DNA of 32,000 nt from Desulfocapsa sulfexigens DSM 10523 (GCF_000341395.1 NC_020304.1:1710001-1742000); one strand, 5' to 3'. Positions 1-7,940 are shown, counted from the stretch's first letter. Made by a program: numbers and translations. Notes: generated from the letters alone by a model not told the origin.

Positions 1-115
1 GATCTATAGCCTCATTTTTAAACGCTTGTTCATTATGCACTGTCTGCACAAAATCTATTTTTTCGTCAAGATCCAGTTCATTGTCAATGAACATACTGAT
101 CAGATAATCTTTCAT
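1..115 (-). CDS. putative anti-sigma factor, first 38 codons only (gene continues past the left edge)
   Basis: A minus-strand ATG at 113-115 overlaps the TGA (112-114) of the upstream ECF sigma gene (ATGA coupling). The frame stays open to base 1: MKDYLISMFIDNELDLDEKIDFVQTVHNEQAFKNEAID... The call rests on position directly downstream of an ECF sigma gene. The fragment contains no diagnostic motif. Confidence 0.4.
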   Translation of the reverse strand, partial: MKDYLISMFIDNELDLDEKIDFVQTVHNEQAFKNEAID

Positions 116-654
116 GTCTCACCTGTATGAAGAATTTTTTTCAACTTTTGCCGGCAGCGATGAATTCTAACTTTTATATTGCCCTCACTGGTACCTGTCA
201 ATTCGGCGATTTGGTGATAGGACAAACCACTACTTACAACGAGTGAAAGGAGATCAGCCTCATCCGGAGCAAGCTGCTGTATGGCATTCATCACTCTGCG
301 TGACTCCTCCCGTTCCATGTAGGCAGACTCTTCATCAGACCTTCCTTTATGCTTGTTTTCATCATACGGGATAATAATTCGCCGTTTGCGGCTGTTGTCG
401 TTGAGGAGATTACGACCAATGGTAAAAAGCAGCGATACACTGAGTTCCCGTTGAGCATATCGTTCCAGATACCTGGCAAAGCTCTCCTGCATGGTATCTG
501 CTGCCAGGTCGTAATCACCACTTCGGCAGAGAAGATACCAAAAAAAACGACCTTTATTGTCGTTATAAAACTCTCTAAACCTATTCACCTTGCTTGTATA
601 ACGTCCACCAATGTCAAAGGTTACAAAATTTTGAACCAAAAATTGAATGTACAA
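112..654 (-). CDS. ECF-type RNA polymerase sigma factor (sigma-70 family, group 4)
   Basis: 180-aa ORF with a region-2-like segment DYDLAADTMQESFARYLERY and a C-terminal region-4 helix-turn-helix LSYHQIAELTGTSEGNIKVRIHRCRQKL. The ORF-track start at 652-654 is TTG, so the true start is uncertain and may be some codons downstream. Confidence 0.85.
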   Translation of the reverse strand: MYIQFLVQNFVTFDIGGRYTSKVNRFREFYNDNKGRFFWYLLCRSGDYDLAADTMQESFARYLERYAQRELSVSLLFTIGRNLLNDNSRKRRIIIPYDENKHKGRSDEESAYMEREESRRVMNAIQQLAPDEADLLSLVVSSGLSYHQIAELTGTSEGNIKVRIHRCRQKLKKILHTGET

Positions 655-673
655 TAAGCTCTGGTCTTTTTAT

Positions 674-753
674 TTGACTTTTATGGTAATGATTATTAAA
701 ACTAGATTGAGTAACATGAAATTTATTTATACTGAACGTGTCGGTTCAGTATA
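674..753 (+). promoter_or_regulatory. candidate tpx promoter/operator region in the divergent sigma-tpx intergenic
   Basis: TTGACT at 674-679, a 17-nt spacer, then a weak -10 TAAAAC at 697-702. An AT-rich Fur/PerR-box-like stretch TAATGATTATTA lies at 687-698, and about 12/19 positions of the surrounding sequence match the Fur consensus as I remember it. A perfect 10-bp inverted repeat TATACTGAAC-N6-GTTCAGTATA sits at 728-753, 30 nt upstream of the tpx ATG. This is motif-level evidence only. Confidence 0.3.
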
Positions 754-782
754 CCATTTATCCTACTCTAAAAGGTGAAATC

Positions 783-1301
783 ATGAGTGAACGTATTGGA
801 GAAGCTACATTTTTAGGTAATCCTCTAACCTTAATTGGTACAGAGGTTAAAGTAGGAGATAAAGCACCTGATTTTACTCTCCTTAAGAATGATCTGTCAC
901 CAGCATCCCTGGCTGATTTTGCGGGTAAGGTGCTGATTATAACCCTGGTGCCTTCCCTGGATACGCCGGTTTGTGACACTGAGACCCGACGTTTCAACAG
1001 TGAGGCGGCTGCTCTTGGTACGGACGTTGCTATCCTTGCCGTCAGTATGGATCTTCCCTTTGCACAGGGGCGCTGGTGTGGGGCTGCAGGTGTGGAGGCG
1101 GTTCAGACCCTTTCCGATCACCGGGATGCATCCATGGGTGAGTCCTATGGTGCTTTGATTAAAGAGTTGCGTCTCCTCAGTCGTGTTGTTCTTGTGGTTG
1201 ACCGGGAAGGGACGGTCACCTACGTCCAGTATGTGAAAGAGATCAGTGAAGAGCCTGATTATGATGCTGCGCTTGTTGCAGCAAAGGCTGCTGTTGGTTA
1301 A
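783..1301 (+). CDS. tpx: thiol peroxidase Tpx (atypical 2-Cys peroxiredoxin)
   Basis: ATG at 783 with AGGTG 5 nt upstream. The ORF-track GTG at 738 is probably an over-extension. The 172-aa product has Tpx-typical length and motifs: KAPDF, peroxidatic Cys context SLDTPVCDTE and second Cys context FAQGRWCGA. Confidence 0.9.
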   Translation: MSERIGEATFLGNPLTLIGTEVKVGDKAPDFTLLKNDLSPASLADFAGKVLIITLVPSLDTPVCDTETRRFNSEAAALGTDVAILAVSMDLPFAQGRWCGAAGVEAVQTLSDHRDASMGESYGALIKELRLLSRVVLVVDREGTVTYVQYVKEISEEPDYDAALVAAKAAVG

Positions 1302-1332
1302 TTCCTCTGTCTTGGAAGAAGACCTGTGGACA

Positions 1333-1368
1333 CTTAAAGTGCCTTTGGGAGTTACGGGGCACTTTAAG
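1333..1368 (+). terminator. stem-loop downstream of tpx (possible terminator, no T-tract)
   Basis: An 11-bp perfect inverted repeat CTTAAAGTGCC (1333-1343) / GGCACTTTAAG (1358-1368) lies 32 nt after the tpx stop. It is not followed by a U-run. A second, weak GC hairpin with CTCTTTTCTT follows at about 1418-1440. Confidence 0.3.
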
Positions 1369-1609
1369 CACAGTTCTCAATTTGAGTCACCGTAACTGGC
1401 CAAATTTAAAGGTTTTAGGCGTGGCGTGCGCCCTCTTTTCTTCTGGTGCACTGTCTGGCGAAAAGGATCTTATGCAAGACTCCTCCCCCCTCTCTTTATT
1501 TTGTTTTTGCATTTATCGGAATCAATTCATACAATGAATAAGTTGTGAAGGTTTTAGAATATTTTCTTAATATCTAGTATCCAGGCAGAATAAACAGGAG
1601 GTAGCGCCA

Positions 1610-2674
1610 ATGGATGTAGCCCAGTTAATCCCAACGCCCGATGTGCTCCAGGTTCCATGGGGCTGGTTTCAGGTTCTTCTCACCGTTACCTTTTTTCTTC
1701 ATCTGGTGGTGATGAATATCCTTCTTGGTTGTTCAGTTATTGTTTTTTTCAGACATGCCACAGGGAAGTCGACGGATATCAATAAGCGTATTTCCGGAAA
1801 ACTTCCCCTCACTGTCGCCTTTGCCGTGAACTTTGGTGTTGCACCGCTTCTCTTTGTTCAGGTCCTTTATGGCCATTTTATTTATGCAAGCTCAGTTCTG
1901 ATGGCCATTTACTGGTTGTCCATTTTCGTATTGTTGATATTGGCCTATTATGGCACATATATCTATAGCCTGAACTTTGATCGCTTGACTGGCTTCCGCA
2001 CTGTTCTCACCGGATTTATAGCAGGAATTCTTTTGGTAGTATCCTTTATCTTTACTTCCAATATGTCCCTTATGACAAATGTTGAGGCATGGCCTGCCTA
2101 CTTCAGTAATGCCCAAGGAACTCTCTTGATATTTTCTGACCCAAGTCTGGTGCCTCGTTTCCTGCACTCTGTGTTGGGCGCAGTCGCTGTGGGTGGTCTG
2201 TCAATTGGACTCTATTATGATTTAAAAAAACGTAAAGGAGAAGCTGGTGCAGAGGAGGGGGTAGCCGTCGGGATGAACTGGTTTGCGGGAGCAACGATGC
2301 TTAATGTCGGCATCGGTTCCTGGTACTGGGGAACTCTTCCGGCATCTGTCCGATCACTGGGGGGAGATGGCGGCGCTTTTTTTCTTATTTTTATTATTCT
2401 GGGGATCATTGCCGCAATATTCTCATTGATATATGGGATGAGACATGAGGTCCGCCTGGCAGTGTATTATCTTATGGGGTCACTTTTCTGTATGACACTG
2501 GTACGTGAATTTGCGCGACGACTTACCCTGGCACCCTGGTTTAAGACATCTGATCTTGAAGTTGTTCCTCAGTATTCACCGCTTATTGTTTTCCTGCTTG
2601 TCTTTGCAGGAGGATTGGCCTGTGTCTGGTACATGATTCGACTGGTTCTTACCGATAAGGAGGCACGCTCATGA
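1610..2674 (+). CDS. polytopic membrane protein, CydA-like (cytochrome bd oxidase subunit I superfamily), short form without Q-loop
   Basis: AGGAGG at 1596-1601 precedes the ATG at 1610. The 354-aa product is hydrophobic throughout. FFLHLVVMNILLG resembles the CydA His19 region. VPRFLHSVLGAVAVGGLSIGLYY resembles the CydA His186 region VKFVHTVASGYVTGAMFILGISAWY. The C-terminal VREFARRLTLAPWF resembles EYGRQPW. The stop overlaps the next start (ATGA at 2671-2674). Confidence 0.6.
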   Translation: MDVAQLIPTPDVLQVPWGWFQVLLTVTFFLHLVVMNILLGCSVIVFFRHATGKSTDINKRISGKLPLTVAFAVNFGVAPLLFVQVLYGHFIYASSVLMAIYWLSIFVLLILAYYGTYIYSLNFDRLTGFRTVLTGFIAGILLVVSFIFTSNMSLMTNVEAWPAYFSNAQGTLLIFSDPSLVPRFLHSVLGAVAVGGLSIGLYYDLKKRKGEAGAEEGVAVGMNWFAGATMLNVGIGSWYWGTLPASVRSLGGDGGAFFLIFIILGIIAAIFSLIYGMRHEVRLAVYYLMGSLFCMTLVREFARRLTLAPWFKTSDLEVVPQYSPLIVFLLVFAGGLACVWYMIRLVLTDKEARS

Positions 2675-5208
2675 ATTATCCGGTATGGCTACTCGATGCC
2701 TTTGGTGGTGGTACGCTTATTGCTCTTATTGCTGTTGTCCACGTGTATGTGGCGCATTTTGCAGTGGGTGGCGGACTTTTTCTTGTTCTCACCGAGCTGA
2801 AGGGTTTGCGTGAAAATTCTCCTGCAATTCTTGAATACACTAAGAAACATTCCAGAGTTTTTCTGTTGGTTTCCATGGTATTTGGTGGGCTTACAGGCGT
2901 TGCAATCTGGTTTACCATTGCACTTCTTAGTCCCGCTGCAACCTCTTCGCTTATTCATATTTTTGTCTTTGGCTGGGCCACCGAATGGGTATTTTTTTTC
3001 GGTGAAATTGTTTCCCTGCTGCTCTATTATTATTATTTCAACAAGATCAGTTCCAGAAATCATCTGATTCTTGGATGGATTTATTTTGGCTGTGCCTGGA
3101 TGTCCCTTTTTGTCATTAACGGTGTAATTGATTTTATGCTCACTCCAGGTGAGTGGCTGAATAATGGGAATTTCTGGTCGGGATTTTTCAACCCAACCTT
3201 CTGGCCGGCACTCTTTTTCAGAACCTTTCTGGCACTGATGATTGCCGGACTGTTTGGTTTTATTACCAGTGTGAATCTGAAAGATCCGGAAATGCGGCAT
3301 AAAATGGTGCGCTACTGCGGTCTCTGGCTTATGGCTCCCCTTGTTCTGCTCCTGGCGTCTGCCATGTGGTATAAAGCGGCCCTGCCACCTGCTCAGCAGG
3401 AGATGATTTTCGTCAAGTCACCAGAGATGAAACCCTTTCTCTCCGGGTTTGTCTTTCTTTCACCAATACTCTTTGCGGGCGGCCTGATTCTTGCTGCTTT
3501 TCGTCCTCAGGCGGTGCGTCGTCCAGTAGCCTGGGTTCTGCTCCTTCTGGGACTTCTCTATATGGGAAGCTTTGAGTTTATACGTGAAGGTGGCCGCAGG
3601 CCCTTTATCATTCACAACTATATGTACTCGACCGCTATTCTGAAGGCTGATATGCCGGAAGTTCAGAAAAAGGGTGTTTTGCAAAGTGCTCGTTGGGTAG
3701 AAAACAAAATTATTACTCCCGAGAACAGGATGGCCGCCGGTGCGGAACTGAACAAGATTCTTTGTCTCCCCTGCCATTCAACGGGCGGGCCTCTTAATGA
3801 TATCCTTCCCCTTGCCAGACGTTTTACGCCCCAGGGTATGGAAGCTTTTATTTTAAGCATGGGAACTGCAAATCCTTATATGCCACCTTTTGCAGGCAAC
3901 AGTGAGGAAGCTGCGGTTCTTGCCGAATATCTTACCGCTGGTTTGATCCCCGGTTTTCTTCCCACGGCTCCGAAAATCACTCCAGTGGCTGTGACTCCGT
4001 CACCATTTGATCCTGAAACCTCCGAATATGTATTGCTTGGGGGTGCCACACTGGGCAATATCCTCTATTCTGAGCCTGAAGAATCCGGGATTGATCTCTC
4101 CTATGGTGCTCCTGTCCTTCGCGCGCAACTGTTTTTCCGTGATGCAAGCCCCAGTCTGATTATGGAAAATACCACCGTTCGCTATACGATAGAGACCGGA
4201 AAAGGTGTGGTTGAAGGAGCAATGGAGGCGCAGGATGGATATTTTGAAACAGCACTTGCTGAAATCCCAACTCCATTGAAACCCTACCAGCCATTTTTTA
4301 TTGCTCAGCTTGAGGCAACGGTGGACGGAAAGGTTGTTGCGACGACTCAGGCTAAAATTGGTGTTGCAACGGAGTTTGGCTGTCGAAATTGTCACGGTGG
4401 AAAATGGCGTCAGGGTGGGCGAAGCGGTATGTCCAGAGAGACTGCTTCCGGTATTCTTGCATCCCATGACAGAAAGAGTAATACCAACTTAAGTGCAGAT
4501 TTCGCCGATGGGAAAACAGTGGTCTGTTCGTCATGTCACGGTGATTTCAGTCGTGGAACAGAGAGTAAACCTGGACTGTTAAGCCTCTCCGCATCCATAC
4601 ACGGCTATCATGCTGGATTTCTGGTTGAGGAGGGGGGGAATAGTTGTGTGCTCTGTCACTCATCAAGTGATACCGGCGCCAGTCACTCCTATGATGGTAT
4701 TCACAAACAGCTGGACCTTTCCTGCAGCAATTGTCATGGTATTCTGGCTGATCATGCCGCAAGTCTCCTGAAACAGGAAGGTGATACCGGTCAGGCGAAG
4801 AGCCTTCTCTCGCTTCTTGAGAGCAAAGGAGAGACTGTGATTGCCGAGGTGAATCCTCGCAGTCCATGGATAATGGAACCAGATTGTCTAACCTGTCATG
4901 TTGATTTTCATCCTCCTGAAACCGATACTGCCTTTAATACCTGGACTGAAGATGGAACAGGTTTGTTTCACAACCGTATGGGCGAGGCTGCTGTGGTTTT
5001 ATGCAGTTCCTGCCACGGTCAACCACATTCTCTTTATCCGTCTGTAAATGCCTATGGGAAGGTGATTGGTACACTGCAGCCGATGCAGTATCAAAACAGC
5101 CCCTATCCCATTGCGGCAGATAAGGGATGTGCCGTATGCCATACAATGGAGATGGAAGATGAGATGCACCACCCCGGCTCAAATGCAATGTTTAGAAATC
5201 GGGAATAG
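2671..5208 (+). CDS. CydA-like membrane domain fused to a monohaem class-I-type cytochrome c domain and a C-terminal heptahaem module (8 CxxCH in total)
   Basis: AAGGAGG at 2657-2663. The N-terminal ~320 aa are hydrophobic and carry AVVHVYVAHFAVGGG, WATEWVFFFGEIV (compare CydA LAIEGLMAFFLEST) and FIREGGRRPFII (compare AEYGRQPWAI). CLPCH lies at aa 365-369 (nt 3763-3777) with NPYMPPF downstream. Seven further CxxCH motifs start at aa 571, 619, 659, 685, 739, 778 and 820 (nt 4381-5142). Confidence 0.7.
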   Translation: MNYPVWLLDAFGGGTLIALIAVVHVYVAHFAVGGGLFLVLTELKGLRENSPAILEYTKKHSRVFLLVSMVFGGLTGVAIWFTIALLSPAATSSLIHIFVFGWATEWVFFFGEIVSLLLYYYYFNKISSRNHLILGWIYFGCAWMSLFVINGVIDFMLTPGEWLNNGNFWSGFFNPTFWPALFFRTFLALMIAGLFGFITSVNLKDPEMRHKMVRYCGLWLMAPLVLLLASAMWYKAALPPAQQEMIFVKSPEMKPFLSGFVFLSPILFAGGLILAAFRPQAVRRPVAWVLLLLGLLYMGSFEFIREGGRRPFIIHNYMYSTAILKADMPEVQKKGVLQSARWVENKIITPENRMAAGAELNKILCLPCHSTGGPLNDILPLARRFTPQGMEAFILSMGTANPYMPPFAGNSEEAAVLAEYLTAGLIPGFLPTAPKITPVAVTPSPFDPETSEYVLLGGATLGNILYSEPEESGIDLSYGAPVLRAQLFFRDASPSLIMENTTVRYTIETGKGVVEGAMEAQDGYFETALAEIPTPLKPYQPFFIAQLEATVDGKVVATTQAKIGVATEFGCRNCHGGKWRQGGRSGMSRETASGILASHDRKSNTNLSADFADGKTVVCSSCHGDFSRGTESKPGLLSLSASIHGYHAGFLVEEGGNSCVLCHSSSDTGASHSYDGIHKQLDLSCSNCHGILADHAASLLKQEGDTGQAKSLLSLLESKGETVIAEVNPRSPWIMEPDCLTCHVDFHPPETDTAFNTWTEDGTGLFHNRMGEAAVVLCSSCHGQPHSLYPSVNAYGKVIGTLQPMQYQNSPYPIAADKGCAVCHTMEMEDEMHHPGSNAMFRNRE

Positions 5209-5278
5209 CCCAAAACTTTTCATCTGAGCTAATAGGCTCCTGGAGAGTGTTCTCCTGGAGCCTATTGGTGTTTTGGGG
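5209..5278 (+). terminator. rho-independent terminator after the cytochrome gene
   Basis: A 16-bp stem (5231-5246 / 5251-5266, one T:T mismatch) with a GTGT loop is followed by GGTGTTTTG. The outer arms CCCAAAAC (5209-5216) and GTTTTGGG (5270-5277) are also complementary. Confidence 0.6.
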
Positions 5279-5313
5279 TAGTAAAAAGGCGCGTACAGGG
5301 GGACCACGGCAGG

Positions 5314-5697
5314 ATGGATAATAGTGATGATAAAGAAATTCTGCAGGCTTTTGTCGATCAGCTGGAAGTCTGGGGCTGTCAGGTATTGCGAGCTATAAAT
5401 CGCAGCAATCCATATCGTGGTGGATTTTCAATTCTCTTCCGTTGTGATGCTGCCACAGCCCGGGCAATTGCAGATCTTGGAATTGCCCAAATTCTCCTTG
5501 ATGTCAGAGCTGACACCTACCTGCTGCGTCTTCCTGAAGTTAATATTGATGCCACCCCGGAACCCCACCCCGCAATTCTTTCCTGGAATGAGGTCACAAA
5601 ACAGAAAAAACTAATGGAATTGCTGGCTCTTTGGAAGAATAGTGGAGATATCCTGGAGAAGCGCAGGCGCAAGTTAGGGATGTTTTACAAAGAATAA
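5314..5697 (+). CDS. hypothetical protein (127 aa), no family recognised
   Basis: Isolated ORF between a strong terminator and a 400-nt AT-rich gap. It has no competing long ORF and a lysine/arginine-rich C-terminus. There is only a weak purine-rich stretch before the ATG. Confidence 0.45.
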   Translation: MDNSDDKEILQAFVDQLEVWGCQVLRAINRSNPYRGGFSILFRCDAATARAIADLGIAQILLDVRADTYLLRLPEVNIDATPEPHPAILSWNEVTKQKKLMELLALWKNSGDILEKRRRKLGMFYKE

Positions 5698-5933
5698 TTG
5701 CTGGGGCCTATGCGGTGGGGGAGTTGGCAGTAGTAGAGACCAAAAATTATTTACCTATGGCTTGTTCAATTTTTCAGGGCCTCTTCTCTTTTTTTGGAAA
5801 AGTACCAGCTAAGAGGCCGAACCTAAAGCTACAACCGCGAGCATCTACTGACCATCCATCCAGTTGGTATCAAAATTTGTTTTGTTTTTTTTTGCATCTA
5901 CTCAGTATTCCAAATCTTTTTCTCATTTCTTTC

Positions 5934-5971
5934 TAATCAAATTGAAATGCCGAATTAATCCTATCCTAACA
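5934..5971. repeat. left copy of the bipartite direct repeat flanking the phn operon
   Basis: TAATCAAA (5934-5941), a 14-nt spacer, then TAATCCTATCCTAACA (5956-5971). The right copy at 16352-16378 matches 8/8 in the first block and 15/16 in the second. Confidence 0.5.
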
Positions 5972-6101
5972 ATCCCCCTGTAAGTTCCATTTCTGATTCA
6001 TGGTTCGATTATTTCGAATCAGTTTTCTCCTTCTGACCGGCCGGGCGGAAATCCTGATTTTACCGTCTGGCCGGTTACTCTTTAAATAAAGGAAAATACC
6101 A

Positions 6102-6947
6102 ATGATATCTCTTCAGTCAGTGAACCTGGGTTACTCGAATATTCCTATTCTCAAAAATCTCACTCTCCATGTGGGGAAAGGGGAATTTCTGGGGGTGATA
6201 GGACTATCTGGTGCTGGTAAATCCACACTCCTTATGTCAATTATCGGAAATATTCGGGTTCTTCAGGGTAACTATCAGGTCTTTGGCTATGACCTTTCTT
6301 CAATAAGCAAACGGGAACTACGGCTGTTGCGTTCTCAGATAGGCTTTATCTTCCAGGGGTATAACCTTGTTAATCGACTTTCAGTTCTCCATAATGTGAT
6401 GTGCGGTATGCTGAAGGATCTCCCCATGGGGCGTTCGCTGATCAAGCTTTATAGTGGTGAAGAGTTGGAAAAGGCCCATGAATATATGCAGATCGTCGGC
6501 ATTGAACAGTTGGCTATGAAACGCTGTGATGAGCTTTCAGGCGGGCAACGGCAGCGGGTAGCTATTGCCAGAGCACTTGCACAGGAGCCGAAAGTCCTGC
6601 TGGCTGATGAGCCAGTTGCTGCTCTTGATCCCAAAAGTGCGGTCCAGGTGATGGATGTTCTACGCAAGGTAAATGAGACTTATGGGGTAACGATCATCAG
6701 TAATCTCCATCATCTGGATTTCGCACGCGAATATTGTGATCGCATTGTCGGGGTGGCTTCGGGATCTATTTCCTATGATGGTTCAACCCATGCACTGCAA
6801 GGAAGTACCCTGGAAGCAATCTATGACAACAACAGGCCCATGGGGGGTGAGTTCGACATAGCTTCAATTGTGGACAAAACGCATGGTGGAGTGCAAAGCA
6901 GCCCATGGGAGGAAGAGCGTTTCGCTAAAGTACCAGTAGCCGCATAA
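6102..6947 (+). CDS. phnC: phosphonate ABC transporter ATP-binding protein PhnC
   Basis: Walker A GLSGAGKST, signature LSGGQRQRVAIARAL and Walker B LLADEP. It is the first gene of a phn cluster, with AAGGAAAA before the ATG. Confidence 0.9.
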   Translation: MISLQSVNLGYSNIPILKNLTLHVGKGEFLGVIGLSGAGKSTLLMSIIGNIRVLQGNYQVFGYDLSSISKRELRLLRSQIGFIFQGYNLVNRLSVLHNVMCGMLKDLPMGRSLIKLYSGEELEKAHEYMQIVGIEQLAMKRCDELSGGQRQRVAIARALAQEPKVLLADEPVAALDPKSAVQVMDVLRKVNETYGVTIISNLHHLDFAREYCDRIVGVASGSISYDGSTHALQGSTLEAIYDNNRPMGGEFDIASIVDKTHGGVQSSPWEEERFAKVPVAA

Positions 6948-6984
6948 CGCGGAAAGAATAACAATACAAAGAGGAAACAGGAAA

Positions 6985-7860
6985 ATGAAAAGATTAATAA
7001 TGACTGTGATGGTGCTCTTTACCCTTGCAACGCTGACGACTGCATCTGCCGCGGTAAAAGAGGGATGGCCGGAAACCCTTACCTATGGGGTCATACCGGT
7101 TGCCTCGTCCCGTAATATGTCAGACAGCTTCGGGGGCCTGGTTCAGCATCTGGAAAAAGAGCTGGGCATTAAAGTCAAACTGCAGGTGGCAGGAGACTAT
7201 GCCGGAGTTATAACCGGAATGCAGCATGGTCATATCGACCTTGCCTACCTTGGTCCCAAGTCCTACTGCGAAGCCGCCATACGTGCGGGTGCCGAAGCCT
7301 TGGTGGTTGAAGTAGGGCAGAGCGGTGTGGCCGGTTATCACGGGTATATTATTACCAAGGCAGGTTCTGGACTGAACAGCCTTGATGACCTGAAAGGAAA
7401 AAAGTGGGCCTTCACCGATCCTCACTCGACCTCCGGCACCCTGGTGCCCACTGTTTACTTCAATAACATTAACATCAGTCCAGAGAAGTACTTTGGCAAA
7501 GTCATTTACTCAGGAAGTCACGAGGCCTCCATTCTGTCTGTTAAAGCTGGCAAGGTTGATGGTGCCTCCACAAATGACCTCGATTTTGATCGTGGCCTGG
7601 GTACCCACTGGAACAAGGATGACTTTAACATTATCTGGACATCCGACCTCATCCCCGGTTCCCCCATGGCGGCACGCGCTGACCTGCCGGCTTCTTTGAA
7701 GCAGGCCATTCAGGAGGCCTTTATCTCCTATCAGGATAAAGACGGCCTGGAGAAATTGAAGATCTCAGGTTTCCAGAAAGCTGACGACAAGCTCTACGAT
7801 GGAATCAGGGAACTGATAGCTCTGAAAAAGGCATTGAAGGAACGGGTTGCAAATAAGTAA
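6985..7860 (+). CDS. phnD: phosphonate ABC transporter periplasmic substrate-binding protein PhnD
   Basis: Signal peptide MKRLIMTVMVLFTLATLTTASA. PhnD-type segments LTYGVIPVASS, GHIDLAYLGPKSY and FTDPHSTSG. It lies between phnC and phnE. Confidence 0.9.
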   Translation: MKRLIMTVMVLFTLATLTTASAAVKEGWPETLTYGVIPVASSRNMSDSFGGLVQHLEKELGIKVKLQVAGDYAGVITGMQHGHIDLAYLGPKSYCEAAIRAGAEALVVEVGQSGVAGYHGYIITKAGSGLNSLDDLKGKKWAFTDPHSTSGTLVPTVYFNNINISPEKYFGKVIYSGSHEASILSVKAGKVDGASTNDLDFDRGLGTHWNKDDFNIIWTSDLIPGSPMAARADLPASLKQAIQEAFISYQDKDGLEKLKISGFQKADDKLYDGIRELIALKKALKERVANK

Positions 7861-7940
7861 CAGACCTTCTCCTCTGCCATGCTCTGTGGATTTACCCTCC
7901 GGAGTATGGCAGAGTTACTATCCTCTGACACCTGAGCATT

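Noticed and set aside
1444-1459. Sigma-54-type promoter (TGGTGCACTGTCTGGC) upstream of the CydA-like operon
   Set aside because: The GG and GC elements are one nucleotide too far apart relative to TGGCAC-N5-TTGC, and the -12 region lacks TTGC.
5715-5936. 73-aa plus-strand ORF in the gap before phnC
   Set aside because: It has low-complexity, F/L/S-rich translation from AT- and T-rich DNA, a non-ATG start and no SD. It is treated as non-coding leader. Its TAA stop happens to be part of the left repeat block.
5971-6000. Possible Pho box (CTGTAAG … CTGATTC) upstream of phnC
   Set aside because: The two CTG-containing half-sites are 15 nt apart, not the 11-nt phasing of PhoB boxes, and each matches CTGTCAT poorly.
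5993-6022. tRNA-like T-arm sequence (GGTTCGATT / TTCGAATC) that might mark a tRNA-derived att site
   Set aside because: No acceptor, D or anticodon arms can be drawn around it, and the flanks of GGTTCGATT are not complementary as a T-stem. It is more simply a 7-bp hairpin followed by a T-run.
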